64,000 bases of DNA from Tubulanus polymorphus (GCF_964204645.1 NC_134026.1:10625950-10689949), one strand, 5' to 3'; positions 28,892-43,079 are shown, numbered from the stretch's first letter. Made by a program: numbers and translations. The notes: generated by a model not told the origin, from the sequence alone.

Positions 28892-30315
28892 CTAGGGGTC
28901 CAGGGACACCATGCTCACTTGGGAAGTGGTTTCAAATGCTCAACAATCTAAAAATTTCAATACACAACGCCCTCTAGTGACCATATACAAAAACCAATGA
29001 CCTTGAAAACCACCACAATCATAGAACATGTGAGCAGCTATGATTTTGTAATTGATTGTGAAATATGCCTCGTCACCAATTTAATTTGGAAATACTAAGT
29101 TATTCTACTATTCAACGCCCCTGGTGACCATATGCAAAACCCAATGACCTTAAAACTCACCACAATCGTAGTACATGTCATGAAATGCAACTTTGCAATT
29201 GATCATAGTAACAAAATATGCCTAGGTACCAATCTAATAAGGAAATACTAAGCCATTCTACTATTCAACGCCCCCTGGTGACTATATGGAATAACTAATG
29301 TCCTTAAAAACTCACCACAATCATAGACGATGTCATGATCTACAACTTTGCAATGGATCATGGTAACAAACTATGCCTAGGTACGAATCTAATAAGGAAA
29401 CACTGAGCTTTTCTACTATTCAACGCCCCCTGGTGACTATATGGAATAACTAATGTCCTTAAAAACTCACAACAATCATAGACGATGTCATGAACTACAG
29501 CTTCGCAATTGATCATGGTAACAAAATATGCCTTGGTACAAATATAATATAGCAATACTAAGTTATTGTATTATTCAACGCCCCCTGATGGCAACATACT
29601 AAAACCAATGACCTTGAAACTCACCAAAATCATAGAACACGTTATGGGCTACAACTTTCCAATTGAATATAGTAACACAATATGCTTAGGTATCGATTTA
29701 ATGTGGAAAAACTTTTTCCCACCTACGAATGAGTACTGATGACACCAAGATGGCCGCCAATTGCGTCATAATTGGCTGATCAAAAATACCTGTCCCAGGT
29801 ATAAAACATCCCTCTCTAAGGAATACCCATCAGCAATTGCAACGAGAAATGGCAAACCAGTAGGAAGTTACAGGACCTAGAATTCTGGCCAAAATTGACA
29901 TTTTTGGGCACTAAAAAGGTCATAGGACGGCCATCTTGAGTCAGATCGACCCAATTTTCTTATGCTGATGGGCCTTTGGTAGATTCAAATATAAACGAAA
30001 GATCAAGGTAATTGATCAAAGCGTTGAAGACGCTTTGATCAATAACCTTGATCTTTCGTTTATATTCGAAAATGTTTAAAAAGTGCTGATTTTGGCAAAC
30101 AACAATGGCTGCCAGTCGGCCATCTTTAATCTGACAGGGCCTGATTTTGGGCTGACGATGTGTCTAGGGTAGGTACATGTATAAACCAAATATCAAGACA
30201 TTACCTTGAAGCGTCTTCAAAACGTCCCAAAATACCTGGATTCCGTCTATAGACGGACGGACGGACGAAAAGTGAACACAATAGCCCGCTGGGACTAAAG
30301 TCCCAAGTGGACTGG
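28892..30315 (+). mobile_element. HINE-like element, type A copy carrying some type B variants
   Basis: Has the internal hairpin but carries GAATACCCAT...GCAACGAG as in type B copies. Confidence 0.75.
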
Positions 30316-33300
30316 AAAAGAATTGTCGCGGGCGACAGAACCAAACTAATGAATTGTCGCGGGCGATAAAACCAAACTAATGAATTGTCGCGGGCGATAA
30401 AACAAAAATATTGAATTGTCGCGGGCGATAAAACCAAAATAATGAATTGTCTCGGGCGATAAAACCAAAATAATGAATTGTCGGGGTGACAAAACCAAAA
30501 TAATGAATTGTCACGGGCGATAAAACCAAAATATTGAATTGTCGCAGGCGATAAAACCAAAATAATGAATTTTCGGGGGCAACAAAACCAAAATATTGAA
30601 TTGTCGCGGGCGACAAAAACGAAGCATAAAACGAAAATAATGAATTGTCGCGGGCGTCAAAACCAAAAACAAGAATTGTCGCGGGCGACAAAACCAAAAT
30701 AATGAATTGTCGCTGGAGATAAAACCAAAATATTGAATTGTCGCGGGCGACAAAACCAAAATATTGAATTGTCGAGGGCGACAAAACCAAAAAAAAAATT
30801 GTCGGGGCGACAAAACCAAAATAATGAATTGTCGCGGGCGATAAAACCAAAATAATGAATTGTCGCGGGCGATAAAACCAAAATAATGAATTGTCGCGGG
30901 CGACAAAACCAAAATGGTGAATTGTCGCGGGCGACAAAACCAGAATAATGAATTGTCGCGGGCGATAAAACAGTAATAATGAATTGTCGCGGGCAACAAA
31001 ACCAAAATAATGAATTGTCGTGGGCGTCAAAACCAAAAACAAGAATTGTCGCGGGCGACAAAACCAAAATAATGAATTGTCGCTGGAGATAAAACCAAAG
31101 TAATGAATTGTCGTGGGCGATAAAACCAAAATACTGAATTGTCGCGGGTGACAAAACCAAACTAATGAATTGTCGCGGGCGACAAAACCAAAAAAAGAAT
31201 TGTCGGGGCAACAAAACCAAAATAATGAATTGTCGCGGGCGATAAAACCAAAATAATGAATTGTCGCGGGTGACAAAACCAAAATGGTGAATTGTCGCGG
31301 GCGACAAAACCAAAATGATGAATTGTCTCGGGCGACAAAACCAAAATAATGAATTGTCGCCGGCGATAAAACCAAAATAATGAATTATTGCGGGCGATTA
31401 AACCAAAATATTGAATTGTCGCGGGCGATTAAACCAAAATAATGAATTGTCGCGGACGACAAAATTAAAATATTGAATTGTCGCGGGCGACAAAACCAAA
31501 ATATTGAATTGTCGCGGGCGACAAAACCAAAAAAAAAATTGTCGCGGGCGACTAAAACAAAATATAAAACCAAAATAATGAATTGTCGCGGGCGACAAAA
31601 CCAAAAAGAAGAATTGTCGCGGGCGACAAAACCAAAAAGAAGAATTGTCGCGGGCGACAAAACCAAAATAATGAATTGTCGCTGGAGATAAAACCAAAGT
31701 AATGAATTGTCGTGGGCGATAAAACCAAAATACTGAATTGTCGCGGGCGACAAAACCAAAATATTGAATTGTCGCGGGCGACAAAACCAAAAAAAAAATT
31801 GTCGCGGGCGAGTAAAACAAAATATAAAACCAAAATAATGAATTGTCGCGGGCGACAAAACCAAAAAGAAGAATTGTCGCGGGCGACAAAACCAAAATAA
31901 TGAATTGTCGCTGGAGATAAAACCAAAGTAATGAATTGTCGTGGGCGATAAAACCAAAATACTGAATTGTCGCGGGTGACAAAACCAAACTAATGAATTG
32001 TCGCGGGCGACAAAACCAAACTAATGAATTGTCGCGGGCGATAAAACCAAAATAATGAATTGTCGCGGGTGACAAAACCAAAATAATGAATTGTCGCGGG
32101 TGACGAAACCAAAATGGTGAATTGACGCGGGCGACAAAACCAAAATGGTGAATTGTCGCGGGCGACAAAACCAAAATAAAGAATTGTCGCGGGCGACAAA
32201 ACCAAAAGGGTGAATTGTCGCGGGCGACAAAACCAAAATAATGAATTGTCGCGGGCGATAAAACCAAAATAATGAATTGTCGCGGGCGATAAAACCAAAA
32301 TGATGAATTGTCTTGGGCGATAAAACCAAAATAATGAATTATCGCGGGCGATTAAACCAAAATATTGAATTGTCGCGGGCGATTAAACCAAAATAATGAA
32401 TTGTTGCGGACGACAAAATTAAAATATTGAATTGTCGCGGGCGACAAAACCAAAATATAAAACCAAAATAATGAATTGTCGGGGGCGACAAAACCAAAAA
32501 TAAGAATTGTCGCGGGCGACAAAACCAAAAAGAAGAATTGTCGCGGGCGACAAAACCAAAATAATGAATTGTCGCTGGAGATAAAACCAAAGTAATGAAT
32601 TGTCGCGGGTGATAAAACCAAAATATTGAATTGTCGCGGGTGACAAAACCAAAATATTGAATTGTCGCGGGCGACAAAACCAAACTAATGAATTGTTGCG
32701 GGCGACAAAACCAAAATAATGAATTGTCGCGGGCGATAAAACCAAAATAATGAATTGTCGCGGGCGATAAAACCAAAATAATGAATTGTCGCGGGTGACA
32801 AAACTAAAATAATGAATTGTTGCGGGCGATAAAACCAAAATATTGAATTTTCGCGGGCGACAAAACCAAAATAATGAATTGTCGCAAGCGATAAAACCAA
32901 AATAATGAATTGTCGCGGGCGATAAAACCAAAATATTGAATTGTCGCGTGTGACAAAACCAAAATAATGAATTGTCGCGGGCGACAAAATCAAAATCATT
33001 GTTTTCTCGCGTTATTTTAGTTTTGTCGTTTTGTCGTCATGTCGCCCTCATTTGCATATTCGTGTTTTTTTTATCTTATCAGCCACCATACTAAAGCCTT
33101 AAGGTCGCGTAAAACTCGATAAACACTTCAAGCGACACAGCGAACGATCTCCTTTCCCCCACAGCGAGCGCTTACTCCGAATGTCAAGTGTGAGTCCAGC
33201 ATACGGATAGGAGTGTGTTATATACTTGTATTTAGTAAATACCTTGTGCATTTGACAATGATCGGTATGTACTGTAGGAAATATAGAGTATTGATAAATG

Positions 33301-34687
33301 GTTGAAGCCCGCGGCCGAATAAAGTAATATATTCTTTTATTTTGATACCTCGTCGACATAACAGCTTTTCTCCGCCATATCTCTTCGGCCTGTTTAGTTT
33401 AGGCCTACGATTCCCCGGTACACTAAAGATTTATCTTTGTAAATACACGGTTAATTCGGTAAAGAAAAATAGGTATTGTTATACTAACTCCTTGAAACCC
33501 GCAGCCAAATCACTGGTAGTAATAAATTAATTTGTACTCGATTTGATTCTCATGATGAGGAGAAACTCGCAGCTCATCCCCGGAACGTCGATGTAGTAAC
33601 ACACGTCGATTCGTCGATGTTTACGGCTCGACAGTGCTTTTAAAATCTAAAGTAGTAAATTTCCAGTGTATCGGTAATATGATTTGATGAGGAAAATGGG
33701 CTATTGTTAAAATCAGTTTGAAGACCGCGACTGAATGTGAAGTCTGCGGCAATAAATCAGTTCATTTATACTTGAATTGATAATCGAAGTGACAGTCGGC
33801 CTGCGGGTTGATTTCGGGATGACGACTCGAAAAACATGTCGCCCCATTGATTGGGGCTAAATTTTCGATGTTTCCAGCCCGACAGCGCTTTTGTAACGAT
33901 GATTCGTGAAAAAACACGCGGGCTATTTGTAGATCTCAGTGAGCTGAACGATATTATATGGATTGTATATGAAACAGCGGTAAGGTAACAAAGCCTATGT
34001 TCTTTTGGTAAAAATAGTGTGGAAGAAAATAATAATAAATATAGCTGCAAAGCAGCGATAACGGGTTTTCTGCACAGTCTTAGAATCCTGTCCAACGGTG
34101 GATCTCAACAAAGCATTTGATAAGGCTCAACATCAGCCATTACTGAACAGGCTATTAGGAAACAGTACCAATGATAGGTCGCCCAAATGGCACAGCAGTT
34201 ATCTCTGAACGGAAACTTGTAACCGAAATCAACGGAACGCCTCATCTTGGAATGAGACGGTCTAACTAGTGGAGTCACGCAAGGTAGTATCCTAAGTCGT
34301 CTTCTGTTTAATGTCCCGACAAATGACATACACAGTAATCCAAAATATACCAGACCGAGTAAATTTCCAAAACGACCTTAACACACTGTTCGACCAAATA
34401 ACTTAATGTTCCGACAAAACCACGGGTGACAAAACCAAAATTATGAATTGTCGCGGGTGACAAAACCAAAATATTGAATTGTCACGGGCGACAAAACAAA
34501 AATAATGAATTGTCGCGGGCGATAAAACCAAAATAATGAATTGTCGGGGGCGATAAAACCAAAATATTGAATCGTCGCGGGCGATAAAACCAAAATAATG
34601 AATTGTCGCGGACGACAAAAACTAAATATTGAATTGTTGCGTGCGACAAAACCAAAATAATGAATTGTCGCGGGCAACAAAACCAAA

Positions 34688-35940
34688 CTAGGTGTCCAGG
34701 GACACCATGCTCACTTGGGAAGTGGTTTCAAATGCTCAACAATCTAACAATTTCAATACATAACGCCCTCTAGTGACCATATACAAAAACCAATGACCTT
34801 GAAACCCACCGCAATCATAGAACATGTGAGCGGCTATGATTTTGTAATCGATTGTGATAACAAAATATGCCTCGTTACCAATTTAATATGGAAATACTAA
34901 GTTATTCTACTATTCAACGCCCCCTGGTGACCATATGCAAAACCCAATGACCTTAAAACTCACCACAATCGTAGTACATGTCATGAAATACAACTTTGCA
35001 ATTGATCATAGTAACAAAATATGCCTAGGTACCAATCTAATAAGGAAATACTAAGCCATTCTACTATTCAACGCCCCCTGGTGACTATATGGAATAACTA
35101 ATGTCCTTAAAAACTCACCACAATCATAGACGATGTCATGAACTACAACTTTGCAATCGATCATGGTAACAAAATATGCCTTGGTACAAATATAGCAATA
35201 CTAAGTTATTGTATTATTCAACGCCCCCTGGTGGCCACATACAAAAACCAATGACCTTGAAACTCACCAAAATCATAGAACACGTTATGGGCTACAACTT
35301 TCCAATTGAATATAGTAACACAATATGCTTAGGTATCAATTTAATGTGGAAAAACTTTTTCCCACCTACGAATGAGTACTGATGACACTAAGATGGCCGC
35401 CAATTGCGTCATAATCGGCTGATCAAAGATACCTGTCCCAGGTATAAAACATCCCTCTCTAAAGAATACCCATCAGCAATTGCAACGAGAAATGGCAAAC
35501 CAGTAGGCAGCTACGTGACCTAGAATTCTGGCCAAAATTGACATTTTTGGGAACTAAAAAGGTCATAGGACGGCCATCTTGAGTCAGATCGACCCAATTT
35601 TTCTTATGCTGATGGGCCTTTGGTAGATTCAAATATAAACGAAAGATCAAGGTAATTGATCAAAGCGTCTTCAAAATTTCCCACGAAAACTTCGAAAATG
35701 TTTAAAAAGTGCTGATTTTGGCAAACAACAATGGCTGCCAGTCGGCCATCTTGAATCTGACAGAGTCAGTTTTTGGGCTGGCGATGTGTCTAGGGTAGAT
35801 ACATGTATAAACCAAATATCAAGACATTACCTTGAAGCGTCTTCAAAACTTCCCAAAATAACTGGATTCTGTCTATGGACGGACAGACGGACGAAAAGTG
35901 AACGCAATAGCCCACTGGGACTAAAGTCCCAAGTGGACTG
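34688..35940 (+). mobile_element. HINE-like element, type B (4 internal repeats, no internal hairpin)
   Basis: Starts CTAGGTGTCCAGGG, ends CCACTGGGACTAAAGTCCCAAGTGGACTG, and reads AAGCGTCTTCAAAATTTCCCACG where type A has the inversion. Confidence 0.75.
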
Positions 35941-38900
35941 AAAAATAATTGTTGCGGGCGACAAAACCAAACTAATGAATTGTCGCGGGCGACAAAACCA
36001 AACTAACGAATTGTCGCGGGCGATAAAACAAAACTAATGAATTGTCGCGGGCGATAAAACAAAAATATTGAATTGTCGCGGGCAATAAAACCAAAATAAT
36101 GAATTGTCTCGGGCGACAAAAACAAAATATTGAATCGTCGTGAGCGACAAAATCAAAATAACGAATCGTCGCGGGCGATAAAACCAAAATTATTGTTTTC
36201 TCGCGGGCGACAAAACCAAAAAAAAAATTGGCGCGGGCGATAAAAACAAAATATAAAACCAAAAAAATGAATTGTCGTGGGCGATAAAACCAAAACATTG
36301 AATTGTCGCGGGCGATAAAACCAAAATAATGAATTGTTGCGTGCGATAAAACCAAAATATTGAATTGTCGCGGGCGATTAAACCAAAATAATGAATTGTC
36401 TCAGGCGACAAAACCAAAATGATGAATTGTCGCGGGCGATAAAACCAAAATAATGAATTATCGCGGGCGATAAAACCAAAATATTGAATTGTCGCGGGCG
36501 ATAAAAAAAAAATAATGAATTATCGCGGGCGACAAAACCAAAATATTGAATTGTCGCGGGCGATTAAACCAAAATATTGAATTGTTGCGGGCGACAAAAC
36601 CAAAAAAAGAATTGTCGGGGCGACAAAACAAAAATAATGAATTGTCGCGGGCGACAAAACCAAAATTGTGAATTGTCGCGGGCGACAAAACCAAAATGGT
36701 TAATTGTCACGGGCGACAAAACCAAAAAGGTGAATTGTCGCGGGCGAAAAAACCAAAATGGTGAATTGTCGCGGGTGACAAAACCAAAATAATGAATTGT
36801 CGCGGGTGACGAAACCAAAATGGTGAATTGACGCGGGCGACAAAACCAAAATGGTGAATTGTCGCGGGCGACAAAACCAAAATAAAGAATTGTCGCGGGC
36901 GACAAAACCAAAAGGGTGAATTGTCGCGGGCGACAAAACCAAAATAATGAATTGTCGCGGGCGATAAAACCAAAATAATGAATTGTCGCGGGCGATAAAA
37001 CCAAAATGATGAATTGTCTTGGGCGATAAAACCAAAATAATGAATTATCGCGGGCGATTAAACCAAAATATTGAATTGTCGCGGGCGATTAAACCAAAAT
37101 AATGAATTGTTGCGGACGACAAAATTAAAATATTGAATTGTCGCGGGCGACAAAACCAAAATATAAAACCAAAATAATGAATTGTCGGGGGCGACAAAAC
37201 CAAAAAGAAGAATTGTCGCGGGCGACAAAACCAAAAAGAAGAATTGTCGCGGGCGACAAAACCAAAATAATGAATTGTCGCTGGAGATAAAACCAAAGTA
37301 ATGAATTGTCGCGGGTGATAAAACCAAAATATTGAATTGTCGCGGGTGACAAAACCAAAATATTGAATTGTCGCGGGCGACAAAACCAAACTAATGAATT
37401 GTTGCGGGCGACAAAACCAAAATAATGAATTGTCGCGGGCGATAAAACCAAAATAATGAATTGTCGCGGGCGATAAAACCAAAATAATGAATTGTCGCGG
37501 GTGACAAAACTAAAATAATGAATTGTTGCGGGCGATAAAACCAAAATATTGAATTTTCGCGGGCGACAAAACCAAAATAATGAATTGTCGCAAGCGATAA
37601 AACCAAAATAATGAATTGTCGCGGGCGATAAAACCAAAATATTGAATTGTCGCGTGTGACAAAACCAAAATAATGAATTGTCGCGGGCGACAAAATCAAA
37701 ATCATTGTTTTCTCGCGTTATTTTAGTTTTGTCGTTTTGTCGTCATGTCGCCCTCATTTGCATATTCGTGTTTTTTTTATCTTATCAGCCACCATACTAA
37801 AGCCTTAAGGTCGCGTAAAACTCGATAAACACTTCAAGCGACACAGCGAACGATCTCCTTTCCCCCACAGCGAGCGCTTACTCCGAATGTCAAGTGTGAG
37901 TCCAGCATACGGATAGGAGTGTGTTATATACTTGTATTTAGTAAATACCTTGTGCATTTGACAATGATCGGTATGTACTGTAGGAAATATAGAGTATTGA
38001 TAAATGGTTGAAGCCCGCGGCCGAATAAAGTAATATATTCTTTTATTTTGATACCTCGTCGACATAACAGCTTTTCTCCGCCATATCTCTTCGGCCTGTT
38101 TAGTTTAGGCCTACGATTCCCCGGTACACTAAAGATTTATCTTTGTAAATACACGGTTAATTCGGTAAAGAAAAATAGGTATTGTTATACTAACTCCTTG
38201 AAACCCGCAGCCAAATCACTGGTAGTAATAAATTAATTTGTACTCGATTTGATTCTCATGATGAGGAGAAACTCGCAGCTCATCCCCGGAACGTCGATGT
38301 AGTAACACACGTCGATTCGTCGATGTTTACGGCTCGACAGTGCTTTTAAAATCTAAAGTAGTAAATTTCCAGTGTATCGGTAATATGATTTGATGAGGAA
38401 AATGGGCTATTGTTAAAATCAGTTTGAAGACCGCGACTGAATGTGAAGTCTGCGGCAATAAATCAGTTCATTTATACTTGAATTGATAATCGAAGTGACA
38501 GTCGGCCTGCGGGTTGATTTCGGGATGACGACTCGAAAAACATGTCGCCCCATTGATTGGGGCTAAATTTTCGATGTTTCCAGCCCGACAGCGCTTTTGT
38601 AACGATGATTCGTGAAAAAACACGCGGGCTATTTGTAGATCTCAGTGAGCTGAACGATATTATATGGATTGTATATGAAACAGCGGTAAGGTAACAAAGC
38701 CTATGTTCTTTTGGTAAAAATAGTGTGGAAGAAAATAATAATAAATATAGCTGCAAAGCAGGGATAACGGGTTTTCTGCACAGTCTTAGAATCCTGTCCA
38801 ACGGTGGATCTCAACAAAGCATTTGATAAGGCTCAACATCAGCCATTACTGAACAGGCTATTAGGAAACAGTACCAATGATAGGTCGCCCAAATGACACA

Positions 38901-39393
38901 GCAGTTATCTCTGAACGGAAACTTGTAACCGAAATCAACGGAACGCCTCATCTTGGAATGAGACGGTCTAACTAGTGGAGTCACGCAAGGTAGTATCCTA
39001 AGTCGTCTTCTGTTTAATGTCCCGACAAATGACATACACAGTAATCCAAAATATACCAGACCGAGTAAATTTCCAAAACGACCTTAACACACTGTTCGAC
39101 CAAATAACTTAATGTTCCGACAAAACCACGGGTGACAAAACCAAAATTATGAATTGTCGCGGGTGACAAAACCAAAATATTGAATTGTCACGGGCGACAA
39201 AACAAAAATAATGAATTGTCGCGGGCGATAAAACCAAAATAATGAATTGTCGGGGGCGATAAAACCAAAATATTGAATCGTCGCGGGCGATAAAACCAAA
39301 ATAATGAATTGTCGCGGACGACAAAAACTAAATATTGAATTGTTGCGTGCGACAAAACCAAAATAATGAATTGTCGCGGGCAACAAAACCAAA

Positions 39394-40646
39394 CTAGGTG
39401 TCCAGGGACACCATGCTCACTTGGGAAGTGGTTTCAAATGCTCAACAATCTAACAATTTCAATACATAACGCCCTCTAGTGACCATATACAAAAACCAAT
39501 GACCTTGAAACCCACCGCAATCATAGAACATGTGAGCGGCTATGATTTTGTAATCGATTGTGATAACAAAATATGCCTCGTTACCAATTTAATATGGAAA
39601 TACTAAGTTATTCTACTATTCAACGCCCCCTGGTGACCATATGCAAAACCCAATGACCTTAAAACTCACCACAATCGTAGTACATGTCATGAAATACAAC
39701 TTTGCAATTGATCATAGTAACAAAATATGCCTAGGTACCAATCTAATAAGGAAATACTAAGCCATTCTACTATTCAACGCCCCCTGGTGACTATATGGAA
39801 TAACTAATGTCCTTAAAAACTCACCACAATCATAGACGATGTCATGAACTACAACTTTGCAATCGATCATGGTAACAAAATATGCCTTGGTACAAATATA
39901 GCAATACTAAGTTATTGTATTATTCAACGCCCCCTGGTGGCCACATACAAAAACCAATGACCTTGAAACTCACCAAAATCATAGAACACGTTATGGGCTA
40001 CAACTTTCCAATTGAATATAGTAACACAATATGCTTAGGTATCAATTTAATGTGGAAAAACTTTTTCCCACCTACGAATGAGTACTGATGACACTAAGAT
40101 GGCCGCCAATTGCGTCATAATCGGCTGATCAAAGATACCTGTCCCAGGTATAAAACATCCCTCTCTAAAGAATACCCATCAGCAATTGCAACGAGAAATG
40201 GCAAACCAGTAGGCAGCTACGTGACCTAGAATTCTGGCCAAAATTGACATTTTTGGGAACTAAAAAGGTCATAGGACGGCCATCTTGAGTCAGATCGACC
40301 CAATTTTTCTTATGCTGATGGGCCTTTGGTAGATTCAAATATAAACGAAAGATCAAGGTAATTGATCAAAGCGTCTTCAAAATTTCCCACGAAAACTTCG
40401 AAAATGTTTAAAAAGTGCTGATTTTGGCAAACAACAATGGCTGCCAGTCGGCCATCTTGAATCTGACAGAGTCAGTTTTTGGGCTGGCGATGTGTCTAGG
40501 GTAGATACATGTATAAACCAAATATCAAGACATTACCTTGAAGCGTCTTCAAAACTTCCCAAAATAACTGGATTCTGTCTATGGACGGACAGACGGACGA
40601 AAAGTGAACGCAATAGCCCACTGGGACTAAAGTCCCAAGTGGACTG
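39394..40646 (+). mobile_element. HINE-like element, type B copy
   Basis: Matches 34688-35940 at offset 4706. Confidence 0.75.
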
Positions 40647-42504
40647 AAAAATAATTGTTGCGGGCGACAAAACCAAACTAATGAATTGTCGCGGGCGACA
40701 AAACCAAACTAACGAATTGTCGCGGGCGATAAAACAAAACTAATGAATTGTCGCGGGCGATAAAACAAAAATATTGAATTGTCGCGGGCAATAAAACCAA
40801 AATAATGAATTGTCTCGGGCGACAAAAACAAAATATTGAATCGTCGTGAGCGACAAAATCAAAATAACGAATCGTCGCGGGCGATAAAACCAAAATTATT
40901 GTTTTCTCGCGGGCGACAAAACCAAAAAAAAAATTGGCGCGGGCGATAAAAACAAAATATAAAACCAAAAAAATGAATTGTCGTGGGCGATAAAACCAAA
41001 ACATTGAATTGTCGCGGGCGATAAAACCAAAATAATGAATTGTTGCGTGCGATAAAACCAAAATATTGAATTGTCGCGGGCGATTAAACCAAAATAATGA
41101 ATTGTCTCAGGCGACAAAACCAAAATGATGAATTGTCGCGGGCGATAAAACCAAAATAATGAATTATCGCGGGCGATAAAACCAAAATATTGAATTGTCG
41201 CGGGCGATAAAAAAAAAATAATGAATTATCGCGGGCGACAAAACCAAAATATTGAATTGTCGCGGGCGACTAAACCAAAATATTGAATTGTTGCGGGCGA
41301 CAAAACCAAAAAAAGAATTGTCGGGGCGACAAAACAAAAATAATGAATTGTCGCGGGCGACAAAACCAAAATTGTGAATTGTCGCGGGCGACAAAACCAA
41401 AATGGTTAATTGTCACGGGCGACAAAACCAAAAAGGTGAATTGTCGCGGGCGAAAAAACCAAAATGGTGAATTGTCGCGGGTGACAAAACCAAAATAATG
41501 AATTGTCGCGGGCGATAAACCGTAATAATGAATTGTCGCGGGCGATTAAACCAAAATAATGAATTGTCTCAGGCGACAAAACCAAACTAATGAATCGTCG
41601 CGGGCGATAAAACCAAAATAATGAATCGTCTCGGGCGACAAAAACAAGATATTGAATCGTCGATGGCGACAAAATCAAAATAATGAATTGTCCCGGGCGA
41701 CAAAACCAAAATAATGAATTGACGCGGGCGATAAAACCAAAATAATGAATGGTCTCGGGCGACAAAACCAAAATAATGAATTGTCGCGGGCGATAAAACC
41801 AAAATATTGAATTGTCGCGGGCGATAAAACCAAAATAATGAATTGTTGCGTGCGATAAAACCAAAATAATGAATTATCGCGGGCGATAAAACCAAAATAT
41901 TGAATTGTCGCGGGCGATTAAACCAAAATAATGAATTGTCGCGGGCGATAAATCAAAATTAATGAATTGTCGCGGGCGATAAATCAAAATTAATGAATTG
42001 TCGCGGGCGATAAAACCAAAATAATGAATTGTCGCGGGCAACAAAACCAAAATGGTGAATTGTCGCGGGCGACAAAACCAAAATGGTTAATTGTCGCGGG
42101 CGACAAAACCAACAATATTGAATTGTCACGGGCGACTAAACCAAAATATTGAATTGTTGCGGGCGACAAAACCAAAAAAAGAATTGTCGGGGCGACAAAA
42201 CAAAAATAATGAATTGTCGCGGGCGATAAATCATTTAATTATATAAATATATTTACATAATATATATTTACATTATATAATTATATTTACTATGTACTAG
42301 ACGTACGAGTAAGAATCCAAGAATTCTTACTTTCTTGGCAAGAATTTTTACTCGTACCTCTCGTACGTAGATATATAAATAGTTTTGTAAAAATTTAATT
42401 ATTAATCTAAGTATAGAAATTTAAGTGAAAACATATAATTTATTCATTTTTATATATTCCAGCCAATATATTTTATATTTTCAGCTCATTTAACAGTCTA
42501 TTGC

Positions 42505-42801
42505 TTACTTTGAATTATATAATCTATCATTTAGTTCATGAACGTATCTATGAGTTTTTAAATTCTTATATTTCTTATTATTGCACATTTCACAGCCTTT
42601 AATATTATTCAATCTATCTGAAATATAATGTATGTTATCTTTTAATTCGGCGTATCTAATTTCACAGTTATCATAGAATTCTAATAACTGTTTTAATGAG
42701 TAAACTGAGAATGAAAATAAACCTGAAACCATAATTATTAATTTCAGTTGCTCTTGATTTCTGTAAATAAGATGTAATAAATTTAATATATTTTCACTCA
42801 T
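42505..42801 (-). CDS. Hypothetical 98-aa protein with a hydrophobic stretch and a C-terminal C2H2-like motif
   Basis: ATG-initiated open frame in very AT-rich DNA, with motif CEMCNNKKYKNLKTHRYVH (CxxC...HxxxH). Confidence 0.4.
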   Translation of the reverse strand: MSENILNLLHLIYRNQEQLKLIIMVSGLFSFSVYSLKQLLEFYDNCEIRYAELKDNIHYISDRLNNIKGCEMCNNKKYKNLKTHRYVHELNDRLYNSK

Positions 42802-43079
42802 TTAATTATTCGATTAATTCACTAATCTGATTCAATTTTAATTTTTTTATGATATTTCTATAATTACTCCCATTTAATTTCTTTAATTTCTTACTCAATT
42901 ACATATTTTCATTCATTAGATCTTAACTAATATTTTCATAGTAAAAGAAAAGCGCGGCCAAAATTAAACCATCAGCTACAAGATAATGTTTCAAATCACT
43001 ACATCCGGTTGGAATGAAACCTTCCATTTATTTAAAGAAAAAAAATATCTTATTTTGAATTACTCATACAGCTTAATCT

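Larger units (their letters stand above)
9464..41500. repeat. Higher-order tandem repeat (macrosatellite), six copies of spacer + HINE + satellite, periods about 5851, 5851, 6007, 5826 and 4706 bp
   Basis: Near-identical spacer starts (TCATTGTTTTCTCGCGTTATT) at about 9461, 15312, 21163, 27170, 32996 and 37702. Identical spurious ORFs recur at the same offsets in the ORF track (9563, 15414, 21265, 27273, 33099, 37805). Confidence 0.96.
1..42230. repeat. 31-bp satellite domain (consensus AAAACCAAAATAATGAATTGTCGCGGGCGAC), interrupted by repeated non-satellite modules
   Basis: Hundreds of tandem 31-bp units are directly visible. Approximate blocks: 1-188, 1340-1669, 2983-9463, 10886-11180, 12605-15314, 16737-17031, 18456-21165, 22588-22882, 24307-27172, 28596-28891, 30316-32998, 34422-34687, 35941-37704, 39128-39393, 40647-42230. 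Confidence 0.98.

Noticed and set aside
1318-42175. Dozens of long minus-strand ORFs (MVLSPATIHYFGFVARDNSLFWFCRPRQFIIL...)
   Set aside because: They are translations of the 31-bp satellite, which is stop-poor on the minus strand. The same peptide cycles through all three frames, starts are mostly non-ATG, and indels are frame-indifferent.
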